Program-made: the position numbers and the translations under genes
Source: Nitrososphaerota archaeon
Lineage (GTDB): Archaea > Thermoproteota > Nitrososphaeria > Nitrososphaerales > UBA57
Direction of reading: 5' to 3'
NCBI GenBank assembly: GCA_016871995.1
Contig: VHBL01000006.1
Span: forward strand, 1-32,000
Length of the DNA: 32,000 nucleotides
In this document: in pieces, positions 8,925 through 15,677 of the stretch
Position numbering within the stretch: the stretch's first letter is position 1
Layout: every line of letters begins with the position of its first letter
Notes under the pieces: generated by a model
What the model was told of the DNA's origin: nothing
What the model saw: only the letters and a program-made list of their open reading frames with translations
The model's database searches: none

Positions 8925-10271
8925 TTATGTGCCATATTTCGCTATAAGGGGCATTGCCTTTCTGGCAACTTCCTCTGCATCCCTGCCTAACACTACTATC
9001 ATCGGCTCTTTTCCCCAGTCCCCTTCATGATAAATAATATCGGGAACCCTGCCAATTTTTCTAATCGCTTGCTCCGCACCCCAAGCAGTGCTCCTCCCTT
9101 CCTGTATCTTGATTTCTTTTGGTTCCTTCCTCCTGTCATAAGACGAAACTACAAACTTTGATTTTGCATTTTTAATCAAGGATTCATCGTACCTGATATT
9201 TATCGCAGAGCGCACTTCAGCATCATGCTTCATAGCAACCAAGACCATTTTAGCGACATGGGAAGAAGCCCCAAACGCAGGAAAAGAAGAAGCGCGAGCC
9301 TTATTCCCAATTCTAACAATCCTGCCGGGAATTGCTGCGACATCTTCGATGCCCTTTGCTTCAGGAAGGGCCATGGCAATATTAGACTGCGATTCAGGTA
9401 TTAGACCAGCAAACTTGCTATTTGCTTCAATGATGCTAACAGCCCTCTGGATGCTGGACAGCACCTGCACCTTTTGAGCGTCAAGATACAACTCTCCAGT
9501 AGGATTTACAGGGCCATGACCCTTTCCTATTTGTAATCCGAGTTCTATAGCCCTAGTGACAAACTTCTTTGCAATCCTAACCGATTCCTCAACATCTTTC
9601 CCTTTAGCTAAGTTAGCGGTTATAGCAGCAGAAAAGCAGCAGCCCGTCCCATGCGTATTTTTGCCCTTAACCCATTTCTCCTCAAGCCTCAAAGTCTTAG
9701 TCTTTGTCACAAGAGTGTCAATAGAGCTATTACCAACAGGCATGTGTCCTCCTTTTATGACTACTGCTTTTGCGCCCATCTTCAGTATTCTTTTCCCTGC
9801 CTTCTCAGCATCCTCAAGGGTTTTGATCTTTAGGCCAGAAAGAACCTCCGCTTCTGGAATATTGGGAGTTACAACAGCAGCAAGTGGGATTATCTTTGCG
9901 ATGAGAGCATCTCTGGCTTCTGGCAATAGTAAAACAGAGCCGCCTTTTGAAACCATTACAGGATCAACCACAAGAAGAAAACCGTACCTTCTTACTTCTG
10001 AAGATACCGCATCAATAATGGTGCTAGTATGTAGCATCCCCGTCTTTGCAGCATCAACCCCAATATCATCTGCAACTACCCTTATCTGCGCCCGAATCAC
10101 TTCGGGACTAGCGTCCATGACCTTGGTAACATCTCTCGTGTTCTGAGCAGTTATTGCTGTAATTGCGCTCATTCCGTGCACCCCAAAAGCAGCGAAAGTC
10201 TTCAAATCAGCCTGTATCCCAGCCCCCCCTCCAGAATCAGAGCCTGCAATAGTCAGTGCTCTTTTGACCAT
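8925..10271 (-). CDS. thiDN: Bifunctional ThiD-ThiN: HMP/HMP-P kinase fused to ThiN-type thiamine-phosphate synthase
   Basis: 448 aa. N-terminus [20 protein letters not shown] is ThiD-like. The C-terminal ~180 aa ([23 protein letters not shown]...AINIRYDE) is a ThiN domain, paralogous to the ThiR C-terminus in this window. Confidence 0.9.
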   Translation of the reverse strand: MVKRALTIAGSDSGGGAGIQADLKTFAAFGVHGMSAITAITAQNTRDVTKVMDASPEVIRAQIRVVADDIGVDAAKTGMLHTSTIIDAVSSEVRRYGFLLVVDPVMVSKGGSVLLLPEARDALIAKIIPLAAVVTPNIPEAEVLSGLKIKTLEDAEKAGKRILKMGAKAVVIKGGHMPVGNSSIDTLVTKTKTLRLEEKWVKGKNTHGTGCCFSAAITANLAKGKDVEESVRIAKKFVTRAIELGLQIGKGHGPVNPTGELYLDAQKVQVLSSIQRAVSIIEANSKFAGLIPESQSNIAMALPEAKGIEDVAAIPGRIVRIGNKARASSFPAFGASSHVAKMVLVAMKHDAEVRSAINIRYDESLIKNAKSKFVVSSYDRRKEPKEIKIQEGRSTAWGAEQAIRKIGRVPDIIYHEGDWGKEPMIVVLGRDAEEVARKAMPLIAKYGT

Positions 10272-10279
10272 CTGACCAC

Positions 10280-10864
10280 CTATAACTCAATCACGATATC
10301 CATGCTCTTCTGAAGTTTATCCAGCAGCCTTCTCTCACGCCTTGAAATGCCCGTCCCCATGTCGTCTGCAGGAAACTTCCCTCTGTAACCATTTGCTACA
10401 AACGTAGAGCATTTTGAGATGACCTTCAAGAGCCTTGCCAGCTCCCCTCTGTGCAGAAAAAGCGTAACATCATTTATGAAAAGTATCTTTGAGCGCTTCT
10501 CCATGAATTCGGAGAATAAGGCCCCAATGTTCTTTGCGTTAGCCAATGCTAGCTTCTCCACCTGCTCCTTTGAACCCCCATCAAGTCTTGGCGCATAGAC
10601 ATTCTTCGGTGCCATGTACTGGACAAGGTCAAGGTTCTTCAGATAGTAACGCAGTGTCTTTCCCATAGTATAAGAGCCGACATCTCTTTTCCCCGGGGCC
10701 ATGTCAATGACAGTGATCTTAGCTCCCTGCTTCGAGTTTATGGCTTCATCAAGGAGTTTAGCCAGTAGAGCAGTCTTGCCAGAGCCTAGGTCTCCAGTTA
10801 TCAGGACTTTCTTGCCCAAGCAGTCAGCAAATCTATACTCCGAGCTTAATCCCTCTTTTTGCAA
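10280..10864 (-). CDS. Uncharacterised P-loop NTPase (SIMIBI/GPN-like layout without a GPN motif)
   Basis: 194 aa. Walker A GDLGSGKT (nt 10772..10795), ITVIDMAPG, Walker-B-like ILFINDVTLF. Overlaps the thiW 3' end by 32 nt, and its stop is 8 nt from the thiDN start. Confidence 0.7.
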   Translation of the reverse strand: MQKEGLSSEYRFADCLGKKVLITGDLGSGKTALLAKLLDEAINSKQGAKITVIDMAPGKRDVGSYTMGKTLRYYLKNLDLVQYMAPKNVYAPRLDGGSKEQVEKLALANAKNIGALFSEFMEKRSKILFINDVTLFLHRGELARLLKVISKCSTFVANGYRGKFPADDMGTGISRRERRLLDKLQKSMDIVIEL

Positions 10865-11357
10865 GGCCTGTTACCACCAAAAATCCAAGTATCGTGCCAG
10901 GAATGCTGCTGGCCCAGAAGCTCAGCAGGAATGCCATCCACTGTTCGCTGAAACCAAACACTGCTGGTAATGGTCGAGTCCCTGCAGCAGGTGCTACTAT
11001 GAATGCGCTGATCAATGCTCCGAGCCCCGTTCCAATTGGCTCCAGCAAGCCTACAAGGGGGCTCTTCTTCAAGTATTTGTATGCAATACCAACAAGCAGA
11101 ACTCCTGGCAACCCTCCAGGTATGGCAAATATCGAGCCCGTGCCCATGCCTATCCTTATCAAGCCTATCGTCAGCGCGACTCCTCCTCCCATCCATGGCC
11201 CCAACATTATCCCCGTTATGATATTGATCATGTGCTGGTAAGGTAAGACCCTTACTGGCCCTACTGGTATCGAGCCAGGGTAAATCGAGAGTGCTACACC
11301 TAAAGCTATCAATAAAGCTGCCAGTGCTATGTAGCGGGAAGTTATCATTTGGAGCAC
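10833..11357 (-). CDS. thiW: ThiW-like membrane protein (predicted thiazole-moiety transporter, ECF S-component-like)
   Basis: 174 aa, multi-TM. Pattern P.QH.IN...G..LGPW, IR.G.GTGS.FA.PGG and EPIGTG..GA matches my recollection of the ThiW family. The track start at 11357 is GTG; the ATG at 11348 is more likely. Confidence 0.65.
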   Translation of the reverse strand: MLQMITSRYIALAALLIALGVALSIYPGSIPVGPVRVLPYQHMINIITGIMLGPWMGGGVALTIGLIRIGMGTGSIFAIPGGLPGVLLVGIAYKYLKKSPLVGLLEPIGTGLGALISAFIVAPAAGTRPLPAVFGFSEQWMAFLLSFWASSIPGTILGFLVVTGLAKRGIKLGV

Positions 11358-11367
11358 AGGTTTTTGT

Positions 11368-11384
11368 AATGCTTATAAAGCATT
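11368..11384. promoter_or_regulatory. Inverted repeat AATGCTT-ATA-AAGCATT embedding a TATA-like core; candidate shared bidirectional promoter/operator for thiW and thiR
   Basis: Perfect 7-bp arms with a 3-bp spacer. The centre (11376) lies 27 nt from the thiR ATG (11403) and 28 nt from the thiW ATG (11348). Confidence 0.5.
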
Positions 11385-11402
11385 TAATAAGTCAGTTATA
11401 TC

Positions 11403-12347
11403 ATGCATCCTCCATGCGAGCTCATGACCGAAACCTTTCTTCCTGCTATGAGAGGACTCGTAGCACACGAACTGGCAAAGAAGGGCTTTTCGCAGTCCAA
11501 AATTTCAAAACTTTTAGGAGTTACACAGCCCGCAGTGAACCAGTATCTTGCAAAGCCCCAGGGTTTCTATTCCCAGAAGGTTTCAGTTCTGGGAATAGGC
11601 GAAGCAGAATCTGCAAGGTACGCATCCCTGCTTGGAGAGGATTTAGTGACAAATCAGGTCGCAGCCGTGCATACACTCTATACGGTTTGGAGGCAGCTTC
11701 TGCTGGAAGGGAAGCTCTCTGATCCAAGCAGAATTTTAGATGGACGGCCCCTGTGCGACATCTGGACACCTATGATGAATCCTGCTACGACGGGAGATGA
11801 GAGGGTAGCGATAATAGAAGAGGTAAAGAAAGCGGTAAGGATGATAGAGGGTTCAACTACCTTTCCCAGCATAATGCCCGAAGTCTCCGTGAACCTTGTA
11901 ATGTCTACCAGATCGCCGAAGGGCGAAGCCGATGTCGCTGCTATGCCAGGAAGGATAGTTAACGTAAAAGGCAGGGCCAGGGGCCTTCTGGCACCGGAAT
12001 TCGGGGTTTCGCATCATATGGCAAGAGTACTGCTTATTTTACATTCAAAGTTTCCCGCAATAATATCTGCGATGAACATACGCTATGATCAGTACGTTGC
12101 GAAGGTTCTGAAGCAAAACAAGATTGAATGCGTGATGACCGATCCCTCAGGCAGGGAGGGCTCAGATCCTGTATTGCATTCAATCCAGCAGCTCCTTCCT
12201 AAAATCAAGCAGCAACCTAAGGCAGTAATCGATGCAGGGGGGCAGGGAATAGAGCCGATAACATACATCTTCGGGGAAAGCGCATTGGATGTAGCCACGA
12301 GTGCGATAGCGATATCGCGACAGTATTCGACGCTGAGCACGAATTAA
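11403..12347 (+). CDS. thiR: ThiR-type regulator: N-terminal HTH fused to a ThiN-like ligand-binding domain
   Basis: 314 aa. HTH segment SQSKISKLLGVTQPAVNQYL. C-terminal AAMPGRIVNVKGRARG..FGVSHHMARVLL...AMNIRYDQ parallels the ThiN half of ThiDN. Confidence 0.8.
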   Translation: MHPPCELMTETFLPAMRGLVAHELAKKGFSQSKISKLLGVTQPAVNQYLAKPQGFYSQKVSVLGIGEAESARYASLLGEDLVTNQVAAVHTLYTVWRQLLLEGKLSDPSRILDGRPLCDIWTPMMNPATTGDERVAIIEEVKKAVRMIEGSTTFPSIMPEVSVNLVMSTRSPKGEADVAAMPGRIVNVKGRARGLLAPEFGVSHHMARVLLILHSKFPAIISAMNIRYDQYVAKVLKQNKIECVMTDPSGREGSDPVLHSIQQLLPKIKQQPKAVIDAGGQGIEPITYIFGESALDVATSAIAISRQYSTLSTN

Positions 12348-12410
12348 CTACGGACTCAAAACCGGTAGACCGAATAACTTAACACAAAGCTGCTGAACCC
12401 TGACGATTCT

Positions 12411-12743
12411 ATGTCAGCAGACGCCAAGAAACTCAGAGATTACGCTAAAGCACTGGAGGAGACAAAAGAGGCTTACAAGGAGGGCTTGAAGCTGGGCTCG
12501 CCTGTGAGAAAGCCTGTCAAACAACTAACAAACCCTTCTTCGCCTTGGAAAGGAATGGCCACTGCGGGTGCTGCAATACTGCTTTCGCCAGAGCCCTTCA
12601 GCGATGTTGTAGGAATTCCCTTATTTTTAGTCGGCACAGGCATGTCAAAGTATAGGTCGCCTGCAAAGCTTTCTGATGTTTACAAGCACCATCAGGCTTT
12701 AAACAAAACACTGAAAGAACTTAGAGAAGGGCTGCGCCTCTAA
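12411..12743 (+). CDS. Hypothetical protein with a central hydrophobic hairpin
   Basis: 110 aa ORF with an ATG start and a charged helical N- and C-terminus. No recognisable family. Confidence 0.35.
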   Translation: MSADAKKLRDYAKALEETKEAYKEGLKLGSPVRKPVKQLTNPSSPWKGMATAGAAILLSPEPFSDVVGIPLFLVGTGMSKYRSPAKLSDVYKHHQALNKTLKELREGLRL

Positions 12744-13372
12744 ACCCGCTTCAACTTCGAGGCTATCGTCCTAGCCTTCTCCATATCCTCAGCCTTGTCC
12801 ACCGTCATGAATGAATACAGATCTGGATCGAGGGGCTTTAGGTCTTCTTCAACGCTGACATACCTTACTGCATAAAGGTTGTCAATTATAGATGACATGT
12901 TTACGATGTCTGCCCCCCTATTTGCAACTTTGAGGAAAGCCTTTGTAGCGTAGACCGAGGTCAGGGACTCGATGTTGCCGTTTGTCCATCTTGGTATTGC
13001 AGCATCGTAGTTTCTTGCCGCTTCAAACAGAGCATGAATCACGTTCGGTTTAATGAAGGGGGCATTCCCAGATACCACAAAGCAGTGTTCCGCCTTTGCC
13101 GCTTGCAGTCCGCTTACAACCGCTGGAACTATCGAGCTGTCACCTTTGTGCACGATAACTTTGACGCCGAAAGGCGATATCGCTTCAACCAAAGATAGGT
13201 CAGGATCCCTCCTGAAGACGACGTAAATCTGATCTGCAACTGTCCATACCGCATCGAGTACATATTCCAGAAGAGTATTCTGCTTGGCAGAGTCGAGATA
13301 GTCAGTAGATGCCTGCTCGACATCTGGTTGATTGTCGAGTATTACCGCTGACCTTGCTGAAACATATGACAT
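12740..13372 (-). CDS. MobA-like nucleotidyltransferase-fold (NTP_transf_3-like) protein with a divergent N-terminal loop
   Basis: 210 aa. The core FVVSGNAPFI.P.VI..L.......DAAIPRW.NG..E.L..VY resembles the MobA/GT-A fold. N-terminus AVILDNQPDVEQ replaces the usual ILAGG.s.RMG. Confidence 0.5.
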   Translation of the reverse strand: MSYVSARSAVILDNQPDVEQASTDYLDSAKQNTLLEYVLDAVWTVADQIYVVFRRDPDLSLVEAISPFGVKVIVHKGDSSIVPAVVSGLQAAKAEHCFVVSGNAPFIKPNVIHALFEAARNYDAAIPRWTNGNIESLTSVYATKAFLKVANRGADIVNMSSIIDNLYAVRYVSVEEDLKPLDPDLYSFMTVDKAEDMEKARTIASKLKRV

Positions 13373-13456
13373 TTAGTACTTTTCAAGCGTAAAGATGGGC
13401 ATGATTTAAGATTTCATGGTAGAATTTGTATTGAATGTTGCTATGTTAGTAGAGCA

Positions 13457-13471
13457 AGGTTAATCTAACCT
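13457..13471. promoter_or_regulatory. Inverted repeat AGGTTA-ATC-TAACCT upstream of the small wHTH gene
   Basis: Perfect 6-bp arms with a 3-bp spacer, 23 nt upstream of the TTG start at 13494. Confidence 0.3.
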
Positions 13472-13493
13472 GCCTGCAGACCGACTGTCGTCC

Positions 13494-13733
13494 TTGGTTT
13501 ATACGTTACGCAACATTGTTTACGAGAAGATAAAGTCTGAAGGGCACATCACAGATATTGAACTGCTGGAAGCCTTGAAGAAGGCCGGAGTAGAGGCTAC
13601 CATGCGGGACATAAACAAGATCCTCCTGCATTTAGAAATCCTAAACCTAGTTTCCGTAAGGTGGGTAGGGAAGGACAAAAGAAGGATAGAGATAGCAACT
13701 AAAGAGGCCGAAAAACCCCACGCTATATGGTAG
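13494..13733 (+). CDS. Small winged-helix-like protein (hypothetical)
   Basis: 79 aa with a TTG start. Helix-helix-helix followed by a beta-hairpin-like VSVRWVGKDKRRIEI. Its stop abuts the stop of the convergent ABC ATPase. Confidence 0.45.
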   Translation: MVYTLRNIVYEKIKSEGHITDIELLEALKKAGVEATMRDINKILLHLEILNLVSVRWVGKDKRRIEIATKEAEKPHAIW

Positions 13734-14435
13734 TCAAGGAATCCTTTTCTTAACCTGCACGATTGTGTGAGCTATCTTGACTACTCTGTCATCATGAGTA
13801 GCGATGATGATGGTCTTCTTCTTCAAGGCATGGTCGCTCTTGACAAAAGCGACTACCATATCGGTCATGACAGGATCTAGTGCCTCCGTAGGCTCATCCA
13901 GAAGCATGATTGGAGGATCCAGCGCTATGCTCCTCGCAATGGCAATGATCTCCCTCTCGCCAACGCTCAGTGTCCCAACTATCCTGTTTCCCATTTTAGG
14001 AATTCCAATTCTCTGCAGAACTTCCTGAACCCTCCTTGCTCTGTCCCCTTTTGGAATATTCTGGAAAATTAATGGCAGTTCGATGTTCTGCGCAATAGTA
14101 AGCTCTGGAACAAGGTTCTGAGTCTGAGGAACTATCCCGAAGGTCTTGGCTCTGAAGACTGCCAACTCCTTCTCTGGCATTCGAACGATGTCGATGCCTT
14201 TTACGATGACCCTACCAGTATTTGGCTTCAAAAAACCTGCAACCATGTTCAATAGCGTAGTCTTCCCAGAACCTATCGGGCCCTTAAGGGCCACAAACTC
14301 TCCATCACGGAAGCCAATATTCACGCTTTCGAATATCCTGTGCGCCGAAACCTCTCCATAAGACTTGCTAACGCCCTCTAACCTAACAGCGTAGTTCACG
14401 GCCATCGCGGAGACCTTGAGTTTATTTTCCTGCAA
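13734..14435 (-). CDS. ABC transporter ATP-binding protein, FtsE/LolD/MacB-type
   Basis: 233 aa. Walker A GPIGSGKTT, Q-loop VPQ, variant signature LSVGE, Walker B IMLLDEPTEALD, H-loop ATHD. Confidence 0.9.
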   Translation of the reverse strand: MQENKLKVSAMAVNYAVRLEGVSKSYGEVSAHRIFESVNIGFRDGEFVALKGPIGSGKTTLLNMVAGFLKPNTGRVIVKGIDIVRMPEKELAVFRAKTFGIVPQTQNLVPELTIAQNIELPLIFQNIPKGDRARRVQEVLQRIGIPKMGNRIVGTLSVGEREIIAIARSIALDPPIMLLDEPTEALDPVMTDMVVAFVKSDHALKKKTIIIATHDDRVVKIAHTIVQVKKRIP

Positions 14436-14889
14436 GAGTCTCGCGTGTTCCGATATATGACCCTACCGTTGTTCCAGCAAGTGCTCCGAATACTAGCAGC
14501 GCATTTTCAAGTAAACCGGCTGTAAAGCCTGTCGTTTGCATGACAAACAGTGCACTTACCCCAAAGATGAACCCTGCAACAGAACCCAATAGACCGACCA
14601 TGACAACATTGACGAGTAATGTCTGCAGCAAAAGGGAATGGCTCGCACCAAGTTCTTTGAAGACTCTGATGTTCCTGTCAGATCTTTCTATCGACTGTCT
14701 TACAAGGTAATACTGAGAAAACCCAGCAAAGACGAATGCTAAAAATGGAACTGCAAACCTTGCTGGAGAGCTGATAGTTCCAACCAGAAGTGTAGAGTTT
14801 ACCATTATCATAGAAGAAATGATGAGTCCCAGTCTCAGCTGGGACCTTTCCATGTGGAGCCCCCTGATGACAATCTCCATTGGGAGCAT
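14422..14889 (-). CDS. Minimal FtsX-domain permease (4 TM, no extracytoplasmic domain)
   Basis: 155 aa. TM1 is followed almost immediately by the FtsX core (ERSDRNIRVFKELGAS....L..V.....LGS.AGF.FG). Overlaps the ATPase start by 14 nt. Confidence 0.7.
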   Translation of the reverse strand: MLPMEIVIRGLHMERSQLRLGLIISSMIMVNSTLLVGTISSPARFAVPFLAFVFAGFSQYYLVRQSIERSDRNIRVFKELGASHSLLLQTLLVNVVMVGLLGSVAGFIFGVSALFVMQTTGFTAGLLENALLVFGALAGTTVGSYIGTRETLAGK

Positions 14890-14908
14890 TTTTCCAACAC
14901 CAGCAGGG

Positions 14909-15544
14909 TTATACGGTTATTGTAGGAGCGATTTGATCCTGCTTTACTCCAGCATCGGAGCCTGTAAGCCAAGCAAGAATTCCTGAAATTTCTGCCTGCT
15001 CCTCTATATCGCTCTTCAGGATTCTGTTGACCGACTCCATGGCCGCTCTGTAAGCTTGCTCATCGATTTCGCCAGTCCTGTATTGAACCTTCAACCCAGC
15101 ACTGAACTTGCTGATCTGAGCGTTTCTGCGTTCTAGCATAGAGATCCTTTCCTTCAGTGCATCTGTTAGAGACGTGTACGTATTGCGGAGAGCTGTGATC
15201 TCAGAGTCATACACCATCTTCAGGTGTTCGTATGCTTCTGCAGATATTTCTCCTTCTTTGGAGAGGTTGTCCAAAACTGTTGCCCTTTTCTGGGCCAGAG
15301 TTGTATCCCTCTTTAGTCGTTCGACCTCCTCCTTCCAGTCTGGGAGGAGAACTACGTATTCGCCCTCGAAGAGAATGCGCTCGTTTGTGTATTCACCGAA
15401 GTCCCCTCCTGTATGCTCAACTGCCAAGGCCTTGATGTGCCCTGTGTTGTCCAGAGAGAAACCTATGACGTTTCCTATGTGCCTTCCGTAGCTATCCTTT
15501 ACTTGCTTCCGAACCAAGTTTACCAAGGTCTGAGAATGCATCAT
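14909..15544 (-). CDS. cdvA: CdvA-like cell-division protein (PRC-barrel plus coiled coil)
   Basis: 211 aa. N-terminus VKDSYGRHIGNVIGFSLDNTG is PRC-barrel-like, followed by LPDWKEEVERL...AQKR...EISAEAYEHLK...GEIDEQAYRAAME. This architecture is collinear with Sulfolobus CdvA as I recall it. Confidence 0.7.
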   Translation of the reverse strand: MMHSQTLVNLVRKQVKDSYGRHIGNVIGFSLDNTGHIKALAVEHTGGDFGEYTNERILFEGEYVVLLPDWKEEVERLKRDTTLAQKRATVLDNLSKEGEISAEAYEHLKMVYDSEITALRNTYTSLTDALKERISMLERRNAQISKFSAGLKVQYRTGEIDEQAYRAAMESVNRILKSDIEEQAEISGILAWLTGSDAGVKQDQIAPTITV

Positions 15545-15647
15545 TTTTTTGACCTATTCGCGAATTCAGCACAGATCGAACATAGCATATCATGTCAATT
15601 TGGTTGAGTAAGTAGGTTAAAAAATTCAACATGGCGTTAGGGCAAGG

Positions 15648-15658
15648 ATAAATAAAGC
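15648..15658 (+). promoter_or_regulatory. TATA-like box for ctaB
   Basis: GATAAATAAAG is centred about 25 nt upstream of the ATG at 15678. Confidence 0.4.
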
Positions 15659-15677
15659 AAATTCAGGTGCAGATACA

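Noticed and set aside
9556-10146. 196-aa plus-strand ORF antisense to thiDN
   Set aside because: It lies entirely inside a confidently identified gene on the other strand. The product is low-complexity and Ser/Thr/Ala-rich with no motifs, which is typical of a shadow ORF.
10846-11241. Three alternative-frame ORFs (115-116 aa and 68 aa) overlapping thiW
   Set aside because: The thiW frame gives a coherent multi-TM protein with family motifs. The alternative frames are Arg/Pro/Ser-rich shadows.
11357-11403. Possible TPP riboswitch upstream of the thiamine operon
   Set aside because: The spacer is only about 45-55 nt and both genes appear leaderless, leaving no room for a ~100-nt THI-box. Protein-based (ThiR) control fits better.
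11291-11722. 143-aa ORF overlapping the thiR 5' half in another frame
   Set aside because: The thiR frame carries a clear HTH and a ThiN domain. This frame would also run through the promoter palindrome.
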